A stretch of DNA of 64,000 bases from the human T2T-CHM13v2.0 reference genome, Homo sapiens (GCF_009914755.1 NC_060935.1); one strand, 5' to 3'; positions 31,458 through 46,124 are shown, counted from the first letter of the stretch. Translations and numbers: made by a program. The notes: a model not told the origin generated them from the letters alone.

Positions 31458-31758
31458 GTGAGTGTGACCTTTCTGTTCACTGCCTGCCCCTGGAGCCACT
31501 GTCAGGAGGAGGGGCGGTGTGTCAAAACGAAAGGACGACCCACTCTGTCTGGCCTGAAATACTTTTCATACCTTTTCCCACTGAGCAGACTGTGATTAGT
31601 CAGCATGATCACACATTAATGGCTTGAAATTTGTGATGAGAATTTATGATATTTTAATACAATTGAGAGGAATTTGTTTTTCTGCGGAATTGAAGGGACT
31701 TCATTTTAGTATGAGACTGTAAAGGAGTTATTTGCCCCAGATTCAATCATGAAATTAA

Positions 31759-31980
<222 letters not shown>

Positions 31981-32180
31981 TAAGTCTTGGTTTGTGCACA
32001 TGCTGTGTATTAGGCCAGCTTCACAAGTGTTGGTGTAACTTTTGTTTTTTGAAGCTTCTTGAATTCTTGGAAATAACTTCTCTAAGAAGACAGGGTTTTG
32101 TAGGTTTAAAAAGTACTAATTGGCTTAAATGTCTTAAAATTACTAATGTATATTGATTTGCTGTTACAAATTGGGTAGTA

Positions 32181-32239
32181 TTAGGTTGTTGCAAAAGTAA
32201 TTGTGGGCAAAACCTGCAATTACTTTTGCAACAACCTGA
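32181..32239. mobile_element. Internally deleted MADE1 (Hsmar1-derived MITE)
   Basis: TIR-like TTAGGTTGTTGCAAAAGTAATTG with its inverse; flanked by TA; perfect 21-bp stem 32183-32203 / 32217-32237. Confidence 0.85.
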
Positions 32240-32453
32240 TATTTCGGGGGAAGATTTATTTTTCTGAAACTTAATTTAGAGCCATTAACAAGTTTTCTTG
32301 ACAGTAAGATCAATGACAGACATTAATGGTATTTTATTATGTTATATTACACTAATATATACATTAAGTGTATATATTACACTTAACTATATATTAAGAA
32401 TAAAATAAACAGTATACACACACACACACAAACTCAACCCCTTTTATTTTCAG

Positions 32454-32528
32454 GTGAGAGAGCGATTACGAGTAGCACTTGAAAGATGTAGTTTGTTAGA
32501 AGAGGAATTAGGTGCCACACACAAAGAG
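32454..32528 (+). CDS. PPFIA1: Liprin-alpha-1 exon 5
   Basis: TTTCAG|VRERLRVALERCSLLEEELGATHKE|GTAAGC; 75 nt. Confidence 0.97.
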
Positions 32529-32603
32529 GTAAGCTTGAGACTTCATCATGAGTTGAATTGGGGGGGGGTTATTTTTATCCTTTAATTATTAAAAGCAGCA
32601 TAA

Positions 32604-32948
<345 letters not shown>

Positions 32949-33215
32949 TTATCTTCCCAATTGAGGACCAGCCTATCTGAGTCATTTTAAGGACTACAAA
33001 ATGATGGTTACCTAAGGACTCGTCTGGCCAGTGGATAATAAATTCCATCTTCAATGATCTGGTTATTTTCGGATTGGGTAGCATTGCCATATGCTTTCTC
33101 TTTTATACTATGTTAAGCAGTTTTTAGTTGTGTTTTTCCAAAAGGAGTTTTGCTATCTTTACTTATTTCTCTTATGTAAGGTATTTTACACTCATATTCA
33201 ATTTTTTGCTTTCAG

Positions 33216-33317
33216 CTAATGATTCTTAAAGAACAGAATAATCAGAAAAAAACTCTAACAGATGGAGTGCTGGACATAAACCATGAACAAGAAAATACAC
33301 CAAGCACGAGTGGAAAG
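33216..33317 (+). CDS. PPFIA1: Liprin-alpha-1 exon 6 (GC donor)
   Basis: TTCAG|LMILKEQNNQKKTLTDGVLDINHEQENTPSTSGK|GCAAGT; 102 nt. Confidence 0.94.
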
Positions 33318-33550
33318 GCAAGTCTGTAGGCTTTGTCTTTATTCTGTTTGATTTCATTTGTTCACAGTATGTGTCGGGTTATGTGGAAAACAGTTGCTAA
33401 AGTACCGGCTTAGAGCTGAAGTGGTCATGAAAGTTGTGTAATCCAACAGATTGCATAAGTCAGTTTTGATTTTAGCTATTTCCTGGAAGTATTTTTATTT
33501 TATAGCTCACCAAACAAGGGTATTTAAGGATTTTTTTTTCCCCCTATCAG

Positions 33551-33772
33551 AGATCTTCTGATGGTTCTTTAAGCCACGAGGAAGACCTTGCTAAAGTAAT
33601 TGAGCTCCAAGAAATCATAAGTAAGCAGTCAAGGGAACAGAGCCAAATGAAAGAACGCCTGGCTTCCCTTTCCAGTCATGTGACAGAACTGGAAGAGGAT
33701 CTGGACACGGCTAGAAAAGATCTCATCAAATCTGAAGAAATGAACACAAAATTGCAACGAGATGTCCGTGAA
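33551..33772 (+). CDS. PPFIA1: Liprin-alpha-1 exon 7
   Basis: ATCAG|RSSDGSLSHEEDLAKVIELQE...KLQRDVRE|GTGAGC; 222 nt. Confidence 0.97.
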
Positions 33773-34444
33773 GTGAGCAATAACAAAAACTACAGTCTTG
33801 TCATGAAGTTGTATGTTTGGGACGTTTTAGTTAAATGATTTTTTTTCTCTGTTTGTCTCTTACTCTCCCAATTACTTTCAACCTTTGGATTATTGTATAA
33901 GTTATATTGAAAAAGAGAGAGTGCTGTGAAACTGCCATAAGCTACCTCCCCATTTTTGTTGTGAAATCTCCTGTCCCTGAGCTCTTCAAAGTAGAGAACT
34001 AGTCCCACTGACTGACATGGCCATGAAGTGGACGCCACACTGGCCTCTCCTACCTGTGCTGCTTTAATATTCTTTAATGTCCTTGTTTGTAGATTCTTCA
34101 TCTGTGCAATTTCTAGGCTGTCTTAATTTGTTCTTATGTTCAGATTGCCTTCTGTTGCACACATACTTAGCAAGCAGATATTGATACTGGCTGTGCTAGC
34201 TCACGTAGGGCAATGTGAGTATAGTCTCTTAACTGTGGGAGGGGGCGTTGCTGGCGGTCTTCTCATTTTCTGACCTGCTCCTTCAAGGAATTTGTGGCGT
34301 TGAATATTAATGGTCAAACAATCAAGAGTGGAATTTGCTTCTACATGGGTCATCAGGATCGTATAGCAAAAATATGTCACAATATACTCATTGCTGACAA
34401 ATATTTCTGCCATTATAACTGTGAGAAACTATTTGATCATGAAT

Positions 34445-34740
34445 GCCGGGCGTGGTGGCTCACGCCTGTAATCCCAGCACTTTGGGAGGCTTAGGCGGGC
34501 GGATCACGAGGTCAGGAGATCGAGACCATCCTGGCTAACACGGTGAAACCCCGTCTCTACTAAAAAATACAAAAAAATTAGCCAGGCGTGGTGGCGGGCG
34601 CCTGTAGTCCCAGCTACTCGGGAGGCTGAGGCAGGAGAATGGCGTGAGCCCAGGAGGCAGAGCTTTCAGTAAGCCGAGATCGGGACACTGCACTCCAGCC
34701 TGGGCGGCAGAGCGAGACTCCGTCTCAAAAAAAAAAAAGA
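34445..34740 (+). mobile_element. AluY
   Basis: AluY diagnostics (GATCGAGACCATCCTGGCTAACACGG, GGAGAATGGCGTG), CpG-rich; 21-bp TSD GAGAAACTATTTGATCATGAA at 34423-34443 and 34741-34761. Confidence 0.93.
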
Positions 34741-35024
34741 GAGAAACTATTTGATCATGAAACAGTGAGGCTGAGTGCTTTCTCAGGTGCCCTTCCTGTC
34801 ACTTTCTAACCTGCGCTTTGTCCCTTGTCAGGCGCCTCAACCGTTGAATGTCTGCTTTTCAGTTTGGTAGTTTGACGTTGAGTAATTTCATGTAGGAATT
34901 CACCACAGGAAGAACATTTGCATGTAGTATGTCACCTAAGGTTCTATTCTTTGGCTACAGCAGGAGATTATGTGGCAGAGATTAATATGCAGAGAATTTT
35001 GAAATTCTTTTAAGACCTATCACT

Positions 35025-35797
35025 TTTATTTTTTAATTTTTTATTTTAACTTTTAAGTTTGGGGTACACGTGTAGGTCTGTTACATAAGTAAACTTGTGT
35101 CCTGGCGGTTTGTTTTACAAATTATTTCATCACCCAGGTACCAAGCCTAGTTATTTTTCCTGATCCTCTTCTTCCTCCTATCCTCCACCCTCCACCCTTT
35201 GATAGGCCCCAGTGTGTGTTGTTCCCCTCTGTCTGTCCCTGTGTTCTCATCAGTTAGCTCCCACTTATAAGTGAGAACATGAGGTATTTTGTTTTTCTGT
35301 TTCTGTGTTTGCTAAAGATAATGGCCGCCAGCTCCATCCATGTCTCTGCAAAGGACATGATCTCATTCTGTTTTATGGCTGCATAGTATTCCATGGTGTA
35401 TACGTACCACATTTTCTTTATGGAGTCTATCATTGATGGGCATTTAGGTTGATTCCTTGTCTTTGCTGTTGTGAATAGTGCTGCAGTGAACATACGTGTG
35501 CGTGTGTCTTTATAATACAACGATTTATATTCCTTTGGGTATATACCCCGTAATGGGATTTCTGGGTTGGTATTTCCATCTTTAGGTCTTTGAGGAATCT
35601 CCACACTGTCTTCCACGATGGTTGAACTAATTTACCCTCCCACCAAGAGCAGGAAAACATTCCTTTTTCTCCACAACCTCACCAGCATCTGTTACTGATT
35701 GACTTTTCCACAATAGCCATTCTGACTGGTGTGAGATGCTGTCTCATTGTGGTTTTGATTGGCATTTGTCTAATCGGTGATGTTGAGCTTTTTTCCC
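35025..35797 (-). mobile_element. L1P 3' end (ORF2 C-terminal remnant plus 3' UTR)
   Basis: Minus ORF 35254..35616 resembles the L1 ORF2 C-terminus (GIYPKEYKS...MFTAALFT...MEYYAAIK); T-rich tail at left. Confidence 0.9.
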
Positions 35798-36314
35798 CTA
35801 TCACTTGTAATATTTAGACTTTGCTAACTTTAGTCATTTTATAAATAGGGAACAACTTGAAAATAGTGAATTCTGGGGGTGGAGGACAGGTATTTCTCAA
35901 GCAAAAAGTTCTGGTCCTAGCCTTAAGTGTTTGAAACTGTATAGTAATCATCTTGTAGACTTCAGGTAGTTGCATCCAATTAAATTAAACTGGTACTTCT
36001 GTTTCCATTTGTCAATATGCTTGAGTCTTGTAATTGTATGAGAGTTCATCCAACCCTTATCCTAGAAAGTGAGACTTGTATCTCACTACTGTGTCCACTG
36101 AGAGAGGCCGCACCCTGTCCTGTGTGAGACCATTTGTAGCGTGAGGCAGACGTAGACTGCGTCTTCTTTGAGGACACTTTCACCTCCTTGAAAAATATTT
36201 AGATATTTGAGTGTATATATTTTTATAATATTATGTAGAAACAGGAAAGCTTGGTCAACTGAGTGGCCAGACATAGTATTAAGAGAGACAAGTCTTTGTT
36301 AATCGTATAGGTGA

Positions 36315-37000
<686 letters not shown>

Positions 37001-37126
37001 TGAGGATGCTAATTTTTAATTTGATTGGAAATTTGGGATTTACTTCAGTTTTTTTCTCTCTTAAGTATCTTAATGTGTAATCGTTAATTACCTACTTTTT
37101 TGTCCCCTCTGAAATACCTAATTTAG

Positions 37127-37273
37127 GCCATGGCCCAAAAGGAAGATATGGAAGAGAGAATCACTACTCTTGAAAAACGCTACCTCGCTGCACAGCGTGA
37201 AGCCACATCTGTGCATGACCTCAATGATAAACTTGAAAATGAAATTGCAAATAAAGATTCTATGCATCGACAG
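37127..37273 (+). CDS. PPFIA1: Liprin-alpha-1 exon 8
   Basis: TTTAG|[49 protein letters not shown]|GTAATG; 147 nt. Confidence 0.97.
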
Positions 37274-37629
37274 GTAATGGATTTTATCGACCTTTGTCTG
37301 GCTTTAGTTAATTATTAATGAAGTTAAAGACCCTTTTTCTCTCACTTTCATGTTGGAAATCAAGTCCAAATATCAAGTTTTTATGACCTTAGAATATTAT
37401 GTTCAAGACATGTGGGAGTTCCTTCAGTTTAGAGGTTTTGATTACGTAGGATTTGATTTAACCAATTTTGTCCTCAGTTTTTTCTTTTGTTGTAATTGAA
37501 AGTTAATCTATTGCTTGTTAGCATTTTTACCAAAGGAGCAGAGAGTGGCAAAGAACTTCAAGGCAATTGGCTATTTGTAACTAAGTGGGAGCACTATGAT
37601 ACATGAATAGTATGACAAATGAAGTCTTG

Positions 37630-38770
<1,141 letters not shown>

Positions 38771-38913
38771 TGACCCAGAAGCAACTCCCATCACTGTAGC
38801 TCTTCCATCATGACTCTCTTAGTCTGTATCTGCATTTCAGTTTGTTTCAATCTGTTAAAAACTGATCAGCTAGAAGATTTGTTGCATTTTGATGCTTTGC
38901 TCTCATTTTATAG

Positions 38914-39048
38914 ACTGAAGATAAAAACCGCCAGTTACAGGAGCGCTTGGAATTGGCAGAGCAAAAGCTGCAACAGACACTGAGGAAGGCAGAGACGCTC
39001 CCGGAGGTGGAGGCGGAGCTGGCCCAGAGGGTGGCAGCGCTTTCCAAG
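38914..39048 (+). CDS. PPFIA1: Liprin-alpha-1 exon 9
   Basis: TATAG|[45 protein letters not shown]|GTAGTG; 135 nt. Confidence 0.97.
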
Positions 39049-39432
39049 GTAGTGCCATGAGCTTCATTCTGGTTCGGCTGCCAGGCCTGTGACTGTGCCT
39101 TGCCTGTGTACCTTGTTTGTCACTGTTCTTATTACATCAGCACCTAAATCCGTGGAAGAGCACGGATTTGGTTTGAGTGCTCTTTCATCTGAGATTGGAA
39201 CACTTTGTAAATGCCAGACATGATCCTTTTATCCCGAAGTCTACCTTGGTTTTGTGAGCTGTATACTATTTGTCCACGGCATGTGTGATCTGAGAGTTAC
39301 TGCTTCTTAGAATTGTTTTGGTCACCAGCTTAAGCATAGGATAGAAGTCTCTGTAAAAGAAGGGTAGTTTTTCTCAGAAATAGGAAGATGCCGTTCTTTT
39401 AAAAACACCATCAAGATAAATTCTTCATAAAC

Positions 39433-39539
39433 ACATTTTTAAGTAATTTTATTATTTTGAAATTACTTAAAAATGTATTTTTAAGTAATATTTATTATTT
39501 TGAAATTACTTAAAAATGTGTTTTTAAGTAATATTTATT
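39433..39539. repeat. AT-rich tandem array of inverted repeats
   Basis: ACATTTTTAAGTAATTT (39433-39449) pairs perfectly with AAATTACTTAAAAATGT (39460-39476); ~43-bp unit repeated ~2.5 times. Confidence 0.85.
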
Positions 39540-39975
39540 CATTTGTCCAACAACTGTTGACTAGGCATGTGCAAGACACAGTCCCTCCAAGTTCTCCCCA
39601 TTCATGAGGGAAGCAGCTAAAGAGGCAAATGCTGTCATAGGTCCTGGGATCGGCGAGTACCCAGGGAGCGCATCACCGGGCACAAACCCAGCCTCTGGGG
39701 CGTGGGGAGCCCAGCACTGCAGTGCCAGGCAGGCGAGCAGCAGGAGCTGAGGCCCCTGTCTGTCGTCCTGAGTCTTCTTGCTCAAGCTTTTCAAGCTGCT
39801 GGGGAGGGCATCCTTCTGGACCATTCAGATGGTTTTAGGGCTCACACACCTGTTCCTTCTAGCAAGTTTGTTGCTAACAGCTGTAAGAACCTATCCTCCC
39901 ACTCCATGATCTGCTTTTAAAGTCTCGATTTCTTTTCTCCCCTGTTATCTTTCCTGTCCCTTGTCGGCTTTGTAG

Positions 39976-40050
39976 TCTGACCTTTTGTCTTCTGGGAGCT
40001 CTGCTGCTAAGGAAGCTAAACTGTTGGAACTTACTTCCAAGCTTAGGAAG
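39976..40050 (+). CDS. PPFIA1: Alternative cassette exon (25 aa) between exons 9 and 10
   Basis: Long polypyrimidine tract, TTTGTAG|SDLLSSGSSAAKEAKLLELTSKLRK|GTAGAA; 75 nt, phase 0-0, stop-free. Confidence 0.8.
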
Positions 40051-40423
40051 GTAGAATGGGTGCACTGCTCCTTGCTTGTGCTTGCCGCTGCTTTCTGCTT
40101 TCCATGCTTACTAACCAGAAGCAGTCCAAGGATGGGAGAATCACGACTCCATTGAGATTGGGCATAGGGGTTGGGGGGAAAACACCCAGTCAGTCGCCAG
40201 CAGCAGCCATGCTTCAGAATCACCAACACAAGAGGGCTAGCCACCTCATGGCCCAGCACGTGAAGCCCCGTAGGCTGTGTTGATGGATGAGTACATGCTT
40301 TCCATTTAGTATGGCGGAGCAGCCCACGCAGAGCATGTTGTGCCTGTTGCCACTGCAGTGGTATGCAGCATGTCGTTAATGAAGTGTAAGGATGACGTCA
40401 GCGTACGCTGTTTCTGCTGACAG

Positions 40424-40507
40424 GCTGAAGAGAGACACGGCAACATTGAAGAAAGGTTACGACAGATGGAAGCACAGTTGGAGGAGAAGAATCAAGAACT
40501 GCAGCGG
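40424..40507 (+). CDS. PPFIA1: Liprin-alpha-1 exon 10
   Basis: GACAG|[28 protein letters not shown]|GTGAGC; 84 nt. Confidence 0.97.
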
Positions 40508-42516
40508 GTGAGCATGCAGCCCTGAGGGTGGGGGCGCTGAGTGGGTGCTGCAAGGTCATTGCTCGGCTGTGGGGAGCTCAGGGCCTCCCACCCCTGACTG
40601 AGATGTTGGTCCTCCAGCTCAGTTCTGGTCGCGTGCATTTGTTTTGCACCCTCATCTGTGAGTCGCCTGCTAATGCGTACATCCCACACAGTAGTCGTTT
40701 TCAGTCAGTATTGGGAGCTGCGGAAGAAATTTGAGATCCTAGGCAGTACTTCAGGTGTCCAAAAATGCTTCTTGCTTGTCTAGCGGCCTATCAGGGGAAC
40801 TGTTCTAGGTAGCTGTGGTACCGGCGTGGCCCCCCTACCCCCTGCAAATGTAGAGGCAGGTCCATTGTCCTGAATGACTAGTCCACTTTTCTAGGATATG
40901 GCACTGAATTCCCACATGCAGGTCAGAGGCCTGACCTCTGTCCCAGGTTAAAATACTCCAAACATAATGGCGTGTTGGAATGAATGTTTCTAAGCAAGAG
41001 CAACACCGTAATTGAGCTACAATAAAAAGCACTAGGAAGGAGTGTGGCAGTGGAGACTTCTGTCCATTGAATCCTAAGATTGTTTTCCTGAAAGAGTTGG
41101 GTGGATGTCAATATGGAACATCCAGGAAAAAGATATAGCAAGAGCAGTCCCAGGGCCAGCTGGTACCAGGCCTGGGGTTTGGGGTAGATTTCTCTTTAAC
41201 AAGTAGGTGGAGAAAGGAAGCATGCAGCGTCTAATTTTAGAACTCTTGCACCGTCACATCAGCCCACTTTATAACATTAATTTAAGGCTACTAGATTTTG
41301 TTTTCACCAGAAATCTGTATTCTTGGCCATGCCCTGCAGAGAATCAAAGGAGCTTCTGGGAAACGACGATTCCGACTCCCAGTGAGAGGGTGCATTTTAG
41401 GCAGTCCCCACCTCCCCTTCCAAAATGCACACTCATGCTCACAGACACAACAGTGAACTTTAAGCTGTGTTCTTTAAAAATTATTTAAATGCTGACGGAA
41501 AATAAGCACAAAGAAGGATATTGTTTCTTTCCCAAGAGGAAGTATGCGATACTCCGTATGGCACATGATGTGCTGGACCCTTTCAGGTAATGATAGTTGC
41601 TACATGTTAGACCTTATGAGAAAAGGAGAGGTCACTACCCATGTTTTCCCAGTGCAGAAATTGGGCGCACGGGGTTCGAATGCACTGCTGATGGCGCGGT
41701 CTCATGGCTGTCTCCTCCTGCCTGGGCAGCATGACTCGGGTGCACGTCGTAACCCCGTGCCATTGCCTCCTGCCTGGGAGGAGCCCCCTGAGCACTGCAA
41801 GGGCACTTGGGCGATGAGGGCATGGAGGTGCCACCTGGACAGGTGCCACCTACTGACACTTCCTGTCCCTTTCTGCCTGTCATTTGAGAAACAAAGGTTT
41901 TAAACCATGAATTTGATTATGGTTTTATAAAATAATAGACATGTCAGTTTTGTTACTACATATTAAAATTACTTAAGGTAATTATTTATAATTTTTGAAT
42001 GTAAATTTCCATTACGAGAAATTTAAGCAACATAAAGATATAAAGAAAAAATATGAAGGTCTCTCTAGCACAATTTTTTTTTCCAAAACAAACTTTTTAA
42101 CTTTTTTGCTTTGTAAATTAAGTTCACCCTTCCTCCCCAAATCCAGACCCAAGCTTTTAGTTACACAAGGGGAAATTCCTCTACCAGCGTGGAGACAGGC
42201 TCATCCTCTAAATATCTGCTATAAATCTGCTCCTTAAGTCCCTCTGACAGTTAACAACTAGTGACATTCCTGAGGAGTCCTGTGGCAGGAGCAGTGGGAC
42301 CTTCTAGTTAATGACCTTTCCAAGACTTGTCCCGTGCTCCCTGTGTCCATGAGTTGGTTCTGGTCACCATGCAAAAGTCCACTCAAGATGGCAGTGTGGG
42401 GAGCAACTGGGGGAGGGGAGGGCACACATGGGGCTCACCCTGTTGGTCCTTGTGCTTTTAAAATAATGATCGAGGATTTACGTGAGGTTTATAAGACTTT
42501 GTTTCTCCTGCTTTAG

Positions 42517-42648
42517 GCAAGGCAAAGAGAAAAAATGAACGAAGAACATAATAAACGTTTATCAGACACTGTTGACAAGCTGCTTTCAGAATCTAATGAG
42601 AGGCTTCAACTTCATCTTAAAGAGAGAATGGCTGCTTTGGAAGATAAG
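42517..42648 (+). CDS. PPFIA1: Liprin-alpha-1 exon 11
   Basis: TTTAG|[44 protein letters not shown]|GTAAGT; 132 nt. Confidence 0.97.
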
Positions 42649-42889
42649 GTAAGTTAGATAACACGGACATGCTGGAGCTTTCCCACCCTCTGCCAAAAGA
42701 TTGCTCATCTGCCCCTGAGCAGGCGTGTGTAACAGTGGTTAGCAGCTGTTACCGAAAATGGGAATTATTCTTTAAAGTGGAAAAGGTATGCACAGTTATC
42801 CAGTCACTGAATTAACTTATTGTTTGCTAAGTCCATGCCCCATTTGTGTGTATGGGAAATTGTTTATCATTCTTATTCTCTAGAATGAG

Positions 42890-43110
42890 AGTAGGTAAGT
42901 GGTTTTTATAAAGGGCCAGATTGTAAATATTTTAGGCTTTTAGTAGTTATGAGTAATTAAATAATTTTATGCCAATCAAGTCATTAGCACAAAAGCAGCC
43001 ATAAATAACGTGTAAATGAATGAGTCTGGCTATGTTCCAATAAAATTCATTTGTAGAAACAAGCAGTGGGCTGGTTTTGGCCGTCAGGTTCTAGTTTGCC
43101 AGCCCCTGCA
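42890..43110. mobile_element. MER58A-like hAT DNA transposon
   Basis: TAAAGGGCCAGATTGTAAATATTTTAGGCTTT...TAGTTTGCCAGCCCCTG. Confidence 0.7.
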
Positions 43111-43174
43111 CTAGGATCATTTTTTGGGCCCAACCCTCACCCCTTTATTATTCATGCATTGGAAGTTAATTTCT

Positions 43175-43536
<362 letters not shown>

Positions 43537-44318
43537 TCAGTCAGCTGAAACCAAATAAATATTCCAACCTCTACCTTCGTTCTTTTTCATTTGATTTGGA
43601 AAAAGTTTAAGCCTGGACTCTGAGTACTGTCATCATGGAAACATGTTAGCTGTCACCAGAGCGAAGGGATATCCTAGAATCTGTGTCGGAGAAGCTCTAA
43701 TGGGCAGCAGCTGGATTCCCGTTTGATAAAGCCTGTCCTGACTGTGCAGTGTCCCTAGCGATGGGACTCAGAAACTGCCCTGAGATTGGTTGTTAGGATT
43801 GGGGTCTGCTCATCTGAGAGACTAATGATTCCCGCTCATTGCATGACACGTTTATTTACACGGTGCTGACCATGGAGGGCATTTCCAGAGACCATACAGA
43901 GTCATTATCCCACTCACCTCCTTGATCAGTGGGTCAGCCTTAATGGAGCAGTGTTTTTATCTTTGATTTTAATTATGCATTTGAAACTTAAATTCAGGTT
44001 TCCCAAGTGACCAAGAAATTGTAAAGCCTAAAAGTTAGTATAAGCCAGTTTAACTGATTAAAATGAACTTGCACCATGAACTTGACATACCTACCTTTAG
44101 GAAGTTCAGTTGGTGAGGAGTAGATATATTAGTAAGAGATATAAGAGAAGGTGTCGCCGCCTCACGGTCTAACCCTGGGACTACAGCAGTGCTTGCTGGT
44201 GTGCTCTTTTACTCCGTTCCCTTTGTGTGGTCCTTTTTTTTTTTAAACGAATACAGCCATGCTATATTTAAATGGGACATTTTAAAGAAACACTAAAGGA
44301 CTATCTGTCTTTTTTCAG

Positions 44319-44381
44319 AACTCTCTTTTAAGAGAAGTTGAAAGTGCAAAAAAGCAGTTAGAAGAAACACAACACGATAAG
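44319..44381 (+). CDS. PPFIA1: Liprin-alpha-1 exon 12
   Basis: TTCAG|NSLLREVESAKKQLEETQHDK|GTACTG; 63 nt. Confidence 0.96.
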
Positions 44382-44639
44382 GTACTGAAATCTTCTCTAA
44401 ATCCATGAAGAGCCAAGTTGAACTGAGTTGATGATGATGATAGTTACTGCAGATGTCTGACAGTGGAGAGCAGCTTGGTTTGTGGCTCTCATAGTCCACT
44501 GCCATAAGTTTCTAGCACTCTCAGGCTTGTATGTTGAATGCCTTTGTATTTCAGGTGATTTTGAGTCTGGCTATGCATATGGTTCAGAATTCGGAGTCCT
44601 TTCTGGGTTTATTTGAAGCTAAAATATTAGCATCAATGA

Positions 44640-44905
44640 CAGTGCTGTCCAACAGAAATATAATATGAGCTGCATATGTAATGTTTAATTTTCTAATAGT
44701 CATATTTTAGAAAGTAATAGGTAAAATCTATTTTATTTAATTCAGTATATGCAAAATGTTATTATTTCATAATGTATTAATAGAAACAAGTGAGCTACTT
44801 TGCGTTCTTTTTCCACTGTGTATTTCCTAGTCATAGCACATCTCCATTTAGACTAACCCATTACAGGGCTCAGTAGCCACGTCTGGCCAGTGTTGGACAG
44901 CACAG
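44640..44905. mobile_element. MER3/MER33-like DNA transposon
   Basis: CAGTGCTGTCCAACAGAA...TTGGACAGCACAG terminal inverted repeats. Confidence 0.7.
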
Positions 44906-45327
44906 CTCTAGAAATGAGATCAAGTATACCCATGACACAGGGATGGGTGCATACTTGATGTAAGACAATTAAACACAATACAGAGATGCACAGGACGTGA
45001 ATATTGTTCCCCTTCTCCTCTAAAAGAGTCTGCTTCTCTACGAAACTAATAATTGTTAATCATTTGGTGTTTATCTTCTGAAAAGCTTTTCTATGACTAA
45101 GACACAGCTTTTCATTCATTAGGGCTTACAAAGTTAATATAGTAGTCTGAGTGTTTATGTTTATTGCAGTACTCTTGGAGAAAATTTTCCCAGAATTAAA
45201 ATGTTTGGTATTTGTAACTGCTGATTTAACCTGTTAGGGTTATGCCCAACATCTGAGCACATTTGAAGTAAGTGGTTTTAAAATCTAAAAGAGATAGCAG
45301 TAATGTAAGTCTTTTGCTTTTCTGTAG

Positions 45328-45407
45328 GATCAGCTTGTCCTAAACATTGAAGCACTGAGGGCTGAACTAGACCACATGAGACTAAGAGGTGCTTCACTTC
45401 ATCATGG
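45328..45407 (+). CDS. PPFIA1: Liprin-alpha-1 exon 13
   Basis: TGTAG|DQLVLNIEALRAELDHMRLRGASLHH(G)|GTATGG; 80 nt. Confidence 0.96.
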
Positions 45408-46124
45408 GTATGGTATTAACCAGTGAGCAGCCATATTGTCAGCACCTGTGGCAGGCCAGTTCTTGGCTATGTGGGCAGCCTAACTGGATGTGGCTAATGG
45501 TGTGACCTCAAGGAGCCTGTAGCTTAGTAGGAAGCGAGAGAGAAAAGTAACTCAAAGGTTAGAGCTTGGTACTGAGGAGACACATCATTGGCGAAACTCC
45601 AAAACACAGGAGGAGTTTTGATCAGTTAATATTTGGATATCTTAATTTAGGTGCCCAGCAGAGTGTGACACTGATGATGTAAGAGCAGAATGACAGATCC
45701 CAAGATCTCACACCACAGATGCTGGCACGGGTGGGACAATTGCAGAGCAGTTGAAGGCCAGCAGTGGCGTGTGGCTGTGTTTTTCGTCAGCCCTGGGAAA
45801 GTGGAGCAGAAATGCAGAGCCAGACACCTGGACCCAGAGGAGGGGTCTCTCTCATCCTAGACAGCTGGGCTCCTTGTGGCTCATCACCTTGGCTGTCTGC
45901 ACAGCTTTTCCTGGAGAGCTTTCTACCTGGTAGGGCTGAGAGACTAAAACTGTTGGCCTGGAGCAGGCAACATGTAGCTCTTGGGGCAGATGAGAGCAGT
46001 GCCCTCCCTGGAGACCCTTTCCTGTGTGGAATAACTTTTCCAAATTGATAGATTCTGCCTTAACTAAAAGAGAGTTTATTTTCTTTTCTTCTAATAATGA
46101 TCATTCTTATTTTTCATGTTTCAG

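Noticed and set aside
35254-35660. 120-aa minus ORF
   Set aside because: Remnant of the L1 ORF2 C-terminus, not a host gene.
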